32,000 bases of DNA. It comes from Thermodesulfobacteriota bacterium (GTDB taxonomy: Bacteria; Desulfobacterota; WTBG01; JAGOGO01). The stretch spans positions 2,475,622-2,507,621 of the forward strand of contig CP113000.1 of the NCBI GenBank assembly GCA_026625185.1. The letters run 5' to 3'. Numbering within the stretch: the first letter of the stretch is position 1; each line of letters starts with the position of its first letter. A program made the position numbers and the translations under genes. The notes below the pieces were generated by a model that saw nothing but the letters and a program-made list of their open reading frames with translations, had not been told where the DNA came from and ran no database searches. Positions 16,653-26,846 of the stretch are shown piece after piece.

Positions 16653-16848
16653 GGTTGATCACGATCCCTAAAAGATATCACCTGATTTCTTCTTTTTTTT
16701 GAATATAGTTCAATAAACTATTTTTAAAAATTTTTTCCATATATCCACATATACCAGAATGGAGAAGTTGGTTGTAACACTTCGAATCTGAAGCCGCATG
16801 TGACTATATATATTGTTAACCTTTTTTCGGAAATTTTAAAGCATCTTA

Positions 16849-17220
16849 TCAATGCCTAACCAAAATATTCATAAATTTCTTTTTGATAACCGGAAGATCA
16901 AATCGCTCTTGAGCATCTCTATAAGCGTTCTCTGAAATACGTGCTCTTAATTGATTGTCTTGTAAACATTGCAATATTTTTTCACTCAGGTCACTAGGAT
17001 TCTGCGGAACTGCAAGGATTGCATTATAGCCATCCTGAAGAATCTCCTTTAAGCCCCACACTGGTGTCGCCACGATTGGGGTTTTTGTGGCCATAGCTTC
17101 TAAAATTACATTTGGAATCCCTTTTGTGTGACTTGGTAATACAAAAATAGATGAAGTATAAAAAGCTTTGAGTTTAATTTTCTCATCAGTCCCTCCGTTC
17201 AAATGAATTTTATACCACAT
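16849..17220 (-). pseudogene. C-terminal fragment (~120 aa) of a GT4-type glycosyltransferase; N-terminal ~2/3 missing
   Basis: The ORF encodes only 'IFVLPSHTKGIPNVILEAMATKTPIVATPVWGLKEILQDGYNAILAVP..DL..KI..' (the EX7E region and C-terminal helices of a GT-B enzyme). Upstream it abuts unrelated CapK-like pseudogene sequence. Confidence 0.7.
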
Positions 17221-17224
17221 CCCT

Positions 17225-17702
17225 TTGATTAAACAAGTGAATTTAAGAAACGGTTTTTCTTTTGTGTACTGCCCCGCAAATTAAATACCGTTCACCAAAT
17301 TCATAGAAAACCCTACCCCAAATGTCAAAAAGGAAGTTTTCTAATTTTCGCGTCGCAAACCGATCCATATAAAACGACATGGCTGCCCCGTCAATCCTCC
17401 AGTTGTGGCTTTTAAACAGCTTATTCTGGATCCCACCCTCATTTGGCTGATGTTTTTTCTTGCCGTTTCCTTATCAACGATGGAAAACTAATTTAACAAA
17501 TATTGGGGTAAGTTTCCGAGCTGATGGTATTATAGTCAACCATATCTTGCTAAAATGGAACCCTATCTGCAGCATATTTTAATACTTTTAGCAAATACTT
17601 TTCCTGCAATCCTTTTAGCTTTTCCAAAGGCCAAAATTCGGTTTTTCTGAGCAAATGTCTTGTCCGAAGGTATGGGTATGAAAGCACAATTTCCCGGAAC
17701 AT
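17225..17702 (-). pseudogene. Decayed 5' fragment (~155 codons) of a second CapK/PaaK-like gene
   Basis: From ATG 17702: MFREIVLSYPYLRTRHLLRKTEFWPLEKLKGLQEKYLLKVLKYAADRVPF*, compared with the intact MLREIALSYPYLRTRRLLRKTEFWTSEKLKNLQEKFLRKVLKFAAANVPFY. There is an in-frame TAG at codon 51. Homology then continues in shifted frames (..FSIVDKETARKNISQMRVGSRISCLKATTGGLTGQP.., ..FLFDIWGRVFYEFGER..), so there are at least 2 frameshifts. A 27-nt core is identical between copies (15535-15561 = 17659-17685). Confidence 0.85.
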
Positions 17703-17735
17703 CAAAAATTGATGAGTTTCCTTTTAAATGTTAAT

Positions 17736-18860
17736 TTAAAATGAATCCCTGGTTATAGCATCAATTACGCCGATTAATTTTGAGTTAAATTGGTTGAGGG
17801 TATAATGCTGTTCGAACTTTTTTTTTGCTGCCTCACCCATACGAATTCTTGTTTCAGGGTTATTGATCAAATCAAGAAGTTTTTCAGCAATACGCTCGGG
17901 GTTTTTTGGGGGGACCAGGTACCCAGTAACCCCATCATCAACAATTTCAGGAATAGCTCCTTCATACGTAGAAATTACGGGTAATCCAAATGCCATTGCT
18001 TCTAAAATAACAAGCGGAAAACAATCCTTAACGGTTGGAAAAACCAGGACATCTGAATCACATAATATATCATCTTTTTGATTGCCATACTTCGGCCCCA
18101 GATAGTGGGTCTGTTTATCCAAGCCGTATAACCTTATTAACCTGTCCAGCTTTTCCCATCCAAAATCCTTACTGCTTGGGGTTCCAACGAAATATAATTG
18201 AAATAAAGAATTCTTTTCTTTTAAAATCTTGCAGGCTTCAATCAAATCAGTCGGCCCCTTAGTTGGGACTAAATTCGATAGAAAAAGTATCTTAAAAGGT
18301 CTATCAGATTCAATGCGATGTCTTTTATTATTTTTTACCCCAATATCTATACCATTTGGTAAGTAACTGATTCTGCTTTTTATTGCAACCTCCCGTATAT
18401 CATCGAACAGCAGAGGTGATAGGAGAATAATAAATTGGTTGTAAAAGAACCAAGTATAAAGGAATTTTAACACAGGGTTCTTAATTTTTTCTTTGACTCC
18501 CTTTCCGTGGAGATGAAAAATTATTTTTGTCCTGAACATTCTAATGAGAATCACAAATAGACATTCCCGGTAAAAACATAGACCGGTTACCATAGGAACA
18601 AAATATACAAGATCCGGCCGAAACCTGAAGAGGAGACTTATAAGCCTAAAGATAAGAAGAATAAATCTATAAAGTTTTACGGGCTGAAATTTCCCTATAT
18701 CTTCAAAGGAAGAAGCGTATCGCAATGGTAAAATTTTTGTAGTGTACTTGTCCTCCAACTCCTTATTTTGGGTAACGTAAAGGTTAACCAAGTTTGAACC
18801 ATGAATCGGTGGTGGCAAAGTTACCAGAAACAAAATTCTTTTTTTATTGTCTGTGCTCAT
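17736..18860 (-). CDS. GT4-family glycosyltransferase
   Basis: 374 aa. 'ILFLVTLPPPIHGSN' at the N-terminus. C-terminal 'VFPTVKDCFPLVILEAMAFGLPVISTYEGAIPEIVDDGVTGYLVPP' (EX7E-type). ATG start; its stop is 3 nt from the next gene. Confidence 0.8.
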   Translation of the reverse strand: MSTDNKKRILFLVTLPPPIHGSNLVNLYVTQNKELEDKYTTKILPLRYASSFEDIGKFQPVKLYRFILLIFRLISLLFRFRPDLVYFVPMVTGLCFYRECLFVILIRMFRTKIIFHLHGKGVKEKIKNPVLKFLYTWFFYNQFIILLSPLLFDDIREVAIKSRISYLPNGIDIGVKNNKRHRIESDRPFKILFLSNLVPTKGPTDLIEACKILKEKNSLFQLYFVGTPSSKDFGWEKLDRLIRLYGLDKQTHYLGPKYGNQKDDILCDSDVLVFPTVKDCFPLVILEAMAFGLPVISTYEGAIPEIVDDGVTGYLVPPKNPERIAEKLLDLINNPETRIRMGEAAKKKFEQHYTLNQFNSKLIGVIDAITRDSF

Positions 18861-18862
18861 TT

Positions 18863-20044
18863 TTAGTTAAAAGTCTTCATTATGGCTTCAATAAAAAACT
18901 GAGCGGATTTTTCAATTGTATACTCTTGTACAATCTCGGAAGAGTTTAGCCCCATTTGTTTCCAGCGTTCTTTGACAGCCATCATTTTTTCTATTCCTTG
19001 GGCAATTGTTTTTTCACTCGAAGGCGAAATAAAAAATCCGTTAATCCCATCCTGAACAATATAAGGAGGGATGCCCGCCGTTTCTGAGCAAAGAACCGGA
19101 AGCCCGGTTGCCATTGCTTCCATTACCACATGGGGCCACAAATCATAGACACTGGGCAAAATAAGGAAGTCGGCCTGCGCCATAACACCCGGTATTTTGG
19201 TTGAAGGCATTTCTCCTTTTAAGAAAACATGTTGCAAATTATGGTGACTAACATAATTCCCCAATTCAGCCACTAGGGGGCCTCCTCCAACGATTGTCAA
19301 TTGAAGGTCAGGATACATCTTTGCAACTGCATGATATGCTTTAAGCATTGGCAGGACATTTTTTTTCTTGGTGCACTCCCCAACGTAAAGCATGTTGATT
19401 GTCAAATTTTTGGTTTTTTGTTTTTGAACCTTCATAAAAGGAGCAGCATTACAAATATTATTAATAACTGCGATTTTTTGAGGGGGCACACCACAGGAGA
19501 GTAAATAGTCTTTTGCAGCGGGTCCATAGGCAAGGAAACCTTTCGGAAATCTCATAATGAATTTTCGCAAAAATTTACTTAAAAAAAACCTCTTCCCAAG
19601 TTTAAATGAAAGGATTGTCTCCCCGCTCCAGATATAAAATGGTATTCGTTTGTTATGCGAGTATAGCAGAGCGATAATCGAAGGGAGTGAAAAGCCACCT
19701 GAAACGATTACCTGCGGTTTTAATCGGCGCATAAGCCCAATGAGTTGTAAGCAAAATCCAAAGTTTCTCCAAGGGGTTCCCCATGTTTTTTTCTGTATGA
19801 TGTGATAAGGGAAATTGATGTGACTGACCTGCCAGGCAGACCGCTCTTTTGCAATGACTTCATTGACCACAACGTCCAAACTAATGTGAGGGTGTTGAGA
19901 GATATTTTCAAATAGAGGAATTCTATATGGGGATAACATGTTTGTGATAATGACCAGTTTTATTGTAGGATTGATTTTTTCCACTTTCAAAGGTTCACTG
20001 TTTTCCACAGCCATGCCATTCCCATACTTATTAAAGAGTAACAA
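18863..20044 (-). CDS. GT4-family glycosyltransferase
   Basis: 393 aa. 'LILPSVYDLWPHVVMEAMATGLPVLCSETAGIPPYIVQDGINGFFISP'. The longest-ORF start is TTG at 20044. An internal ATG (M11, ~20014) or a later start is as likely. Confidence 0.75.
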   Translation of the reverse strand: MLLFNKYGNGMAVENSEPLKVEKINPTIKLVIITNMLSPYRIPLFENISQHPHISLDVVVNEVIAKERSAWQVSHINFPYHIIQKKTWGTPWRNFGFCLQLIGLMRRLKPQVIVSGGFSLPSIIALLYSHNKRIPFYIWSGETILSFKLGKRFFLSKFLRKFIMRFPKGFLAYGPAAKDYLLSCGVPPQKIAVINNICNAAPFMKVQKQKTKNLTINMLYVGECTKKKNVLPMLKAYHAVAKMYPDLQLTIVGGGPLVAELGNYVSHHNLQHVFLKGEMPSTKIPGVMAQADFLILPSVYDLWPHVVMEAMATGLPVLCSETAGIPPYIVQDGINGFFISPSSEKTIAQGIEKMMAVKERWKQMGLNSSEIVQEYTIEKSAQFFIEAIMKTFN

Positions 20045-20130
20045 AAAGCTGGAAACACTAGTACGTTAAGAACGTTGCAACTTAGTTAACCCTGGGCTGT
20101 CCTAAATGCCTGCAATAAATATTTAACTCA

Positions 20131-21321
20131 TCATGTATGTGCATACTGGTTAATGAGTTCCTCCACCTGTTCATAGTGTTTTTTTTCACTTAACTTTTTT
20201 TTCACAAAATCATATCCCTTGTCTATCATTTTTTTCCGTTTGGAAGGATTTTTAACCAGTTCTAAAAGTGCTTTGGCGATTGCTTCGGGATCCTTTTGAG
20301 GGACAAAAAAAATAATTTCTGGGTCATCAAGATTACCTCTAATGGAGGGGAGATCGGTCGAGATAACCGGTAAACCGGACATCATTGCCTCATAAATGGC
20401 ACGCGGAAAACCTTCAGCAAGTGAAGGAAGAACAAAAAAATTCATTTTTGTATAAAGCTCGGCCAAGACTGATGGATCAGCAAGATAGCCGTGAAAAGTT
20501 ATATATTCTGAAAGATGATTTTCCTTAATTTCCTGTTCGATTTTTATCTGGTATGTTTTTTCAATGGTCCCGGCAAGATGTAAATGAACCTGCAATCCCT
20601 TTTGAGTTAAGATTGGAAGCGATTTAATTAGATAAAGAATCCCTTTTCTTTCATTAATGGGGCCGGCAAAAAATATATTAACACAACGATATGAATCAGT
20701 GCTTTCACCTTTGGGTTTCTGATTTTCGTATTTTTTGAAACTTACGCTCGGAATAGTCTGAAAAACTCTTCGTCCCTTTTTGTTTATTTCTGTAAATATC
20801 TGTTCCCCGGTCACCAAAACAAAAAGGGCCTGGTCATAGATTCGCTCAACAAAAAATGCATAAGTCCGGCTATAAAAAGAACTAACTATATTTCTCCTCT
20901 TCATCCCCTGCAGCGCTTTCCAGTCAGCGCCAATGTAAAGGGCAATTTTTTTCCTGACTATCAGGGTAAAAATGGAGGCGAGCAGGTTGGTATAGCTCGG
21001 CAGATAAACGTACATCAGATCAGTTTTGGTTATATATCTACAAAGGATTATCAGATTTTTACAAAAATTGGTTATTTCCTGAAATCGATTTTTTGTATTT
21101 TGGGGATGCAAGGCAATAACTCTGACCCTTTCTGATATTTTTTCAATATAAACCGGCTTATCGCCGTTATAAACCGAAGCATTTTTCCCGGCATTCTGAG
21201 CAAGATAAAATACCTCATTCTGTTGGGCAAGATGGTTCAAAAGGGAGGTTATTGCCGGATTGGTGTACCTATTATTTTTATGGATAGAGATTGACCCGTA
21301 AGAGATAACGCATATTTTCAT
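20131..21321 (-). CDS. GT4-family glycosyltransferase
   Basis: 396 aa. 'MKICVISY' at the N-terminus. 'FFVLPSLAEGFPRAIYEAMMSGLPVISTDLPSIRGNL'. ATG start. Confidence 0.8.
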   Translation of the reverse strand: MKICVISYGSISIHKNNRYTNPAITSLLNHLAQQNEVFYLAQNAGKNASVYNGDKPVYIEKISERVRVIALHPQNTKNRFQEITNFCKNLIILCRYITKTDLMYVYLPSYTNLLASIFTLIVRKKIALYIGADWKALQGMKRRNIVSSFYSRTYAFFVERIYDQALFVLVTGEQIFTEINKKGRRVFQTIPSVSFKKYENQKPKGESTDSYRCVNIFFAGPINERKGILYLIKSLPILTQKGLQVHLHLAGTIEKTYQIKIEQEIKENHLSEYITFHGYLADPSVLAELYTKMNFFVLPSLAEGFPRAIYEAMMSGLPVISTDLPSIRGNLDDPEIIFFVPQKDPEAIAKALLELVKNPSKRKKMIDKGYDFVKKKLSEKKHYEQVEELINQYAHT

Positions 21322-21382
21322 AACGTCTGATTATTTTATGATTTTGTTAAACAAACACCTTTACGTTTTACACTTTCAATTT

Positions 21383-22498
21383 TCATAGTTGAAGCGCCTC
21401 AGAATACATTGCATCTACTTTGGATGTCATTCGCTTTAAAGAATAATTTTGTATGGTATCGTATGCTCTTTTACCATAAGCCTTTGCGATCAACTCGTTT
21501 TCGATATAAAAATTGATGCCTTTAACTATCTGATCAGGTTGGCATGGAGGGATTAGAATTCCACTGACATGGTTTTCTATTAAACTTGGAATTTCACCAA
21601 CATTTGTGGCTATAATCGGTTTTTTCAACGCCATGGCCTCCATGAGTGCGTTTGACATGCCTTCAGATGAAGATGCCATCAAGAATATGTCAAATCCACA
21701 CGTGAAAGTTGAGGCTTTATCAACTTCACCCGTTAGAAAGATATAGTCATCGAGGCCTTGGGAGTTAATTAATTCCCTATAATATTCAAACTTTCCGCCT
21801 CCACCAACGATTACAAATCTCAAATTATGATGCTCTCTTGAGAGATTATGTGCGGCTTTGATAATGTCATCCAATCTCTTTTCTTCCACGAATCTGCCAA
21901 CAGATCCTACAATATGAAAACCTTGCTCTTTGAGTCGCGAAACAATGTTGGTATGCACAATTCTGTTTTGAATTTCATCCAAATCAATTCCATTCGGTAT
22001 GATTCTTATCTTTTCTTTTACATCATTCGTATAAGCACTAATTTCATCACCAAGTGATTTGCTATTGGTCATGATCAAATTGCTTGTTTTATAAACAAAC
22101 TTGTTCACTATAAAATGGCGCCTCTGGTACCAGAAATTCGAGCCTCTTTTTGATGTAATTAAGATATATTCCTTAAAAATCTTTACAAATGCTGCTATCA
22201 GATTGGGGTGGAAAAGCCACGAATGAACGATTGCTGGACGTGACATTCCCACTTGTTGAGATAAAAAAGAAATATTACGCACTAACCCGCTTTTTATTTT
22301 CGGTTCTGAGAAAATTGGTATTGCCAATTCATACCACTTAGTATCAATATCTTTCTGATGGCTTAAAATCGCTATAATGAATTGGTATTTATGACGTAGC
22401 TCCCTGATGATATAATAGAGTTGCTTTTCAGCACCAGCATTAACCAATTTGTTGACCGCATGGAGGATAACTGGTTTATTAGGAAAGATTTTTTTCAC
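21383..22498 (-). CDS. GT4-family glycosyltransferase
   Basis: 371 aa. 'GAEKQL' N-domain. 'FLMASSSEGMSNALMEAMALKKPIIATNVGEIPSLIENHVSGILIPP'. GTG start. Confidence 0.8.
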   Translation of the reverse strand: MKKIFPNKPVILHAVNKLVNAGAEKQLYYIIRELRHKYQFIIAILSHQKDIDTKWYELAIPIFSEPKIKSGLVRNISFLSQQVGMSRPAIVHSWLFHPNLIAAFVKIFKEYILITSKRGSNFWYQRRHFIVNKFVYKTSNLIMTNSKSLGDEISAYTNDVKEKIRIIPNGIDLDEIQNRIVHTNIVSRLKEQGFHIVGSVGRFVEEKRLDDIIKAAHNLSREHHNLRFVIVGGGGKFEYYRELINSQGLDDYIFLTGEVDKASTFTCGFDIFLMASSSEGMSNALMEAMALKKPIIATNVGEIPSLIENHVSGILIPPCQPDQIVKGINFYIENELIAKAYGKRAYDTIQNYSLKRMTSKVDAMYSEALQL

Positions 22499-22608
22499 AC
22501 CACATCCGGAAGCTCAGTACGAGCCACACTTTTGTTGCAAAATGATAATAAAATTTCCCTAATGCCTCTATAGTTATTTTAATACTCTCAGTTGCTGGGT
22601 ATCATACC

Positions 22609-24153
22609 TTAATTATTGATTGGCCATTTTTTAATAGCCTTGTATTTCGTGCTTCTTTTGCGATAAAACGAATAAATTTTATATAATAATTTTATATTGC
22701 TTAATTTTCTATAAATAAAAGAACGGTCTTGAGATAAATACGGTGGCGCCGACGTGATCGGCAAATTTTGTTCTACCGGATGCACAGCAAAACCTTGTGA
22801 TCGAAGATTTTCGATCATTTTACGAAACCCAGCCAACCAATGCCAGACGTTATAGAGTTGAAATCCATAGCCTTTCAAAAGTTTTCCCCCAGATGCAACT
22901 GCTTTATTCAGAAGCTGAACCTGTGCCGGATTAAATATCCCAAGGCTTTCAAACCATTCAGGTTCTACAATTTTAGAAATCTCATCGTATAGACTATGTG
23001 AACTCCACATAGCGTAGTCGTGAAATTTCCTTCGCAACTTATTTTGTTTGCCAATAGTTCTTCCGCGTAAAGCCTTATTGGTTCTGGCCCACGGTATGCG
23101 CACCAGCCCGGGATGAATACTTTCCAGCAAGGCGGCATAAATGCTGTCATCACGACGCGCCGGATGTAAAGACCACATATACGTATAGACTTTAGGATCA
23201 GTAAACATTTGATACAGTGTACACCAGTTATTAATCACAGCCATTACATGCGCAATCATACCACGCATATAATGGCCTTGCATTTCTATCTCACAAAGAG
23301 CATGTTTGGGGCTGTTTTGGCCGGCCCTTTCATGCAACAAAATTAAATCCTTCTGAATACCTGATATTGCCGGAGCAAGAAAATCTTGCTTGATCAGATT
23401 ATATGGATCAAAAGGCTTTAGAAAATCAAGCTCTAAGATTTGCCTGCCTGAAAACTCGGCACGGCCAACTGAATCGCCATAACTGCCTGCCAATACCAGC
23501 GCTTTTTTACTAACGTTTTTCTTAAACCACAGCATTCTGTGCAAATGCGCCGGTGGAACAAGTCCGGCAGTTAAAGGAAAGCCTTCATAAATATTCTCAA
23601 TAATAGTCTCGGGTCCCATGGCAATATGCTTCCAGCCAAATCCGAGCATTTCTGCCGCTACTTTTGCATATTGAACATCACGTGAATTTTCCAATCCCCA
23701 TGTCAAACCGATGGGATTTCTCTTGAGGATACCTTTTTGTTTAAGTTGATATAAAATACCGGCAACAATACGGCTATCGAGACCGCCGGAGAGTAAAACA
23801 TATATTTCTTCCCGGTTGTAACAAGCACGTTCAGCTTCTTCTTGCAAAAGGATATTTAGTTGCGCCGCAATTTTTCCCGAACTGTCCCATGCAAATCCAT
23901 GTGGTGGGATTGGTTTAAGAACTACTCTCCCATCTTGTGTAATTGATGAAAGCCACGGCTGGCGTTTGAGTTCTTGAAATAATGTTCGATCTCCACATGG
24001 GTAATTAAAGGCAAGAATTGATAATATCGCAGAAACGTCCAAACTAAGTTTTTGCTCTCCCTTATGAATAACCTTTGAAAAATCCGTAGACCATTCCTCT
24101 GGTGAACGAGCGTACTGGGCGGGTTGATATAAATGCAGAGATGTTTCTAACAC
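22609..24153 (-). CDS. Asparagine-synthetase-like PP-loop ATP pyrophosphatase lacking the N-terminal glutaminase domain
   Basis: 514 aa. PP-loop 'VLLSGGLDSRIVAG' sits at ~residue 120, whereas AsnB has it after a ~200-aa Ntn glutaminase domain. There is no N-terminal Cys nucleophile (starts MLETSLH). GTG start with a strong aggagg SD. Confidence 0.7.
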   Translation of the reverse strand: MLETSLHLYQPAQYARSPEEWSTDFSKVIHKGEQKLSLDVSAILSILAFNYPCGDRTLFQELKRQPWLSSITQDGRVVLKPIPPHGFAWDSSGKIAAQLNILLQEEAERACYNREEIYVLLSGGLDSRIVAGILYQLKQKGILKRNPIGLTWGLENSRDVQYAKVAAEMLGFGWKHIAMGPETIIENIYEGFPLTAGLVPPAHLHRMLWFKKNVSKKALVLAGSYGDSVGRAEFSGRQILELDFLKPFDPYNLIKQDFLAPAISGIQKDLILLHERAGQNSPKHALCEIEMQGHYMRGMIAHVMAVINNWCTLYQMFTDPKVYTYMWSLHPARRDDSIYAALLESIHPGLVRIPWARTNKALRGRTIGKQNKLRRKFHDYAMWSSHSLYDEISKIVEPEWFESLGIFNPAQVQLLNKAVASGGKLLKGYGFQLYNVWHWLAGFRKMIENLRSQGFAVHPVEQNLPITSAPPYLSQDRSFIYRKLSNIKLLYKIYSFYRKRSTKYKAIKKWPINN

Positions 24154-24269
24154 CTTCTTTCTCCTCCTAGTATGCGATGGGGAATTACTTAACTCGTTGA
24201 ACGTTAGGCTCGCATAGTCTCCTTAACCCTAACAAAGCCGGAATGAAACTTCAAGACCACACCTTGTTT

Positions 24270-25574
24270 TCAGTCAGCTTTTGCGTATGTTGGTGATGAG
24301 GAAGGCAGTTCAGTGGGTGCTGCAGCCTGGTTATAGTTTGCAAGGGTGGCGATCATAGCCAAAAAAAGGTAAAAAATCCGGTCATTAAAGCCGTGGTTAC
24401 CAGTCAGGCCCACGAAAAACAACCCCATCAAAACTACAAACAAGGTTTCAACTATCTTTATTGGCATTCCCCTTGATTGGGAATTCTTAAAGAAATAGGC
24501 AAAAAGGGAAATGAAGCCTATCAAATACAAAGAAAGATAGAGCAGAAAACCAGGGATACCGGTTTCAACAAGACATTGCAACCACTGCGAATGGAGGGAT
24601 GAACCTTTCTGACCCTTGTGCATTTGCACCCACCGATCGTAACCTATTCCTAAAAACGGGGAAGCGAGATAAAGCTTCCATGCAGCCTTATAAGCCTCGC
24701 TTCGTCCCGAAGTAAAAGCCGTCATTTCTTCCTGGTTGTATTTGGTGATATCGGCGTTTGCGGTTGGCAGTCTTAAAAGTTTTTTTGTATAAACATCCAT
24801 AATTTCAAATCGGCTGGCGGCTATGATTGCTACCATCAAACCCGCGGCAATAAGAACTTTTAAGGGTATATACCCTCGCAGAAAATAAAAACCTATAGTC
24901 AAAAATAAAATAAAGGTAACCATTCTGCCGAGGGATAAGCCAATCGTTATTATTGCAACAAAAATTATTCCGTTAACGGCAATTCTTTTTAGCTTTTTTT
25001 GATCAAGCATGTCCCTATACGCAAACAAAAATGCGGTTCCCAATAAAGTGTAAAAAGCCGAACTGTTCCTGTTTCCGGCGTAGCTTCTCTGGCCGATATC
25101 CATATGGAGGACCATATTGATGATGGTTGTTCCGCTTAGCAAAACCACTGGTATCAGGGCAATAATGCAGATATGGCGGAATGATTTTTCGAAATCCATA
25201 TCCAGAAGAGCGAGGGCGAGAAAATAGAAAACCAGGTTATTCAAAATGGCAAAGTTAAATTGGCGGGTATAAGAATAATAAGAATAAAAACAGTAAAGTA
25301 AGAAAATTATTACAAAAAGGGTCATGATTGATTTTGCGGCTTTGGGAATAAGATTCCTGTCCAGGAGTCTCTTAAAAATAATTATCAGCACTCCGAAATA
25401 AACCATTATTCTGTTTAAGGTCAAAGCGGGATGGGAAAAGGTCACCTGGCTGATTCTCATGATCACCCAGGAATCCAGAACCAAATAATAAAGTAGGATC
25501 TGCGGTCTGAGGAAGATGCCGGTTAAAATCAATGGGACCAGACTAATTCCTATTAACGCAAGTTTATTTTCCAT
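24270..25574 (-). CDS. O-antigen ligase / Wzy-type polymerase family membrane protein
   Basis: 434 aa with ~10-12 hydrophobic segments. Large loop containing 'GRSEAYKAAWKLYLASPFLGIGYDRW....KG....SLHSQWLQCLVETGIPGFLL', typical of the Wzy_C/O-antigen ligase domain. ATG overlaps the upstream GT by 11 nt. Confidence 0.75.
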   Translation of the reverse strand: MENKLALIGISLVPLILTGIFLRPQILLYYLVLDSWVIMRISQVTFSHPALTLNRIMVYFGVLIIIFKRLLDRNLIPKAAKSIMTLFVIIFLLYCFYSYYSYTRQFNFAILNNLVFYFLALALLDMDFEKSFRHICIIALIPVVLLSGTTIINMVLHMDIGQRSYAGNRNSSAFYTLLGTAFLFAYRDMLDQKKLKRIAVNGIIFVAIITIGLSLGRMVTFILFLTIGFYFLRGYIPLKVLIAAGLMVAIIAASRFEIMDVYTKKLLRLPTANADITKYNQEEMTAFTSGRSEAYKAAWKLYLASPFLGIGYDRWVQMHKGQKGSSLHSQWLQCLVETGIPGFLLYLSLYLIGFISLFAYFFKNSQSRGMPIKIVETLFVVLMGLFFVGLTGNHGFNDRIFYLFLAMIATLANYNQAAAPTELPSSSPTYAKAD

Positions 25575-26778
25575 GGCTTATAGCTTTTAACCTGTTGTTT
25601 AGCGCAAAAGCAAATCTTTTCCAGGTGAACGCAACCATTGTTCGAAAAGATGGTTTTTTTTGTTTTTCTTTATCGGAATAAATTTTAAGAAAGGCCTCTG
25701 CTCCTGTTCTTGCGTCATAGTTTCGGCGGATATATGCCAAGGAAAAATCCCCCAGGTTTTTCATTAACGTGGAATTTCCGGCAATCCGGACAATGCTATC
25801 CAGAAGCTCTTTTCCCATGGCTGGATGATGCCTCAGATGCCGGCCGGAAAAATTATAATAGGAAATCTGGGTAATGCTTCCTTCGTCAACCACCGTGCCC
25901 AATCCATTTTCACCCAGATTAATGACCGGCTTTCCGCAGGCCATGGCTTCCAGGATTCCCCGACCATGACCCACCACGATATCAGCATAATTGTAAAGAG
26001 CCATCATTTCATTTGCCTGGCTTATTTTGCCCGTCAGATAAAGAACCTTCATTGGGAGAGATTCATTGATTTTCTCGGCAGTTTTTAAAATGTTGGGGAA
26101 AAGCGGGCCATCTCCAACCAGGACAACCGAAACTTGTTTTGGGGCTTTCTTAGGATCGAAGTTATGCAAATTATGTAAGAAGCTCTCCAGCCATGGTTTT
26201 TTTTGGGGATCAAACCGCATAGCCATTACCACCTTTATCCCCTCCAAAGGCAGGTGGTATTTTTCAAGAAATGACCGTTCGGGCATTTTAGCGTAATAAG
26301 TGCCGCAGTCAATCCTCCCGGGAATGAAAAAAATTTGGTTTTTATATCCATTTGATTTCATGCCCTGTTCAAGTTCCTTGCTGAACACAACAACGCTCAC
26401 TTCTTCAGGTATTACATATTTTGGGACCTCGCCGCCTGCCTTGGTGAAGAACAGGGGTTTTTCCATGATTGCGGAGGCAAAATACGCAGGATACAGGGAA
26501 AGCTGGTCCTGGGCCTGCACAATATCAATAGCATTCTGTTTTATTATTTTAATGAGTTGCCGAAAATAACGTATTTTTTTTCCGATTGTTTTGGAGCTGT
26601 TTTTGTTTTTTAAAATAAAAACAGTTGTACCCAGATCCCTGAATTGCTGCCCCATTAACCCCTCGGTAGCCAGAAGGAAAGTTTCATGCCCTCTTCTTTC
26701 AAACTCCCTGATAATTGACAATGTTGAGTTAATATGTCCCCCGATACCTAATGGGCGGGTGATAAACAATACTCGCAA
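25564..26778 (-). CDS. GT-B fold glycosyltransferase (GT4-like)
   Basis: 404 aa. 'MRVLFITRPLGIGGH' N-terminus. 'VGHGRGILEAMACGKPVINLG'. TTG start with an aaggaaa SD. Confidence 0.75.
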   Translation of the reverse strand: MRVLFITRPLGIGGHINSTLSIIREFERRGHETFLLATEGLMGQQFRDLGTTVFILKNKNSSKTIGKKIRYFRQLIKIIKQNAIDIVQAQDQLSLYPAYFASAIMEKPLFFTKAGGEVPKYVIPEEVSVVVFSKELEQGMKSNGYKNQIFFIPGRIDCGTYYAKMPERSFLEKYHLPLEGIKVVMAMRFDPQKKPWLESFLHNLHNFDPKKAPKQVSVVLVGDGPLFPNILKTAEKINESLPMKVLYLTGKISQANEMMALYNYADIVVGHGRGILEAMACGKPVINLGENGLGTVVDEGSITQISYYNFSGRHLRHHPAMGKELLDSIVRIAGNSTLMKNLGDFSLAYIRRNYDARTGAEAFLKIYSDKEKQKKPSFRTMVAFTWKRFAFALNNRLKAISHGK

Positions 26779-26846
26779 AATATTTCCTTATCATTCGTTT
26801 TTAATTGTTAACGTTAAAGCTGATTTATCATGACGGGTTTTCCTGC

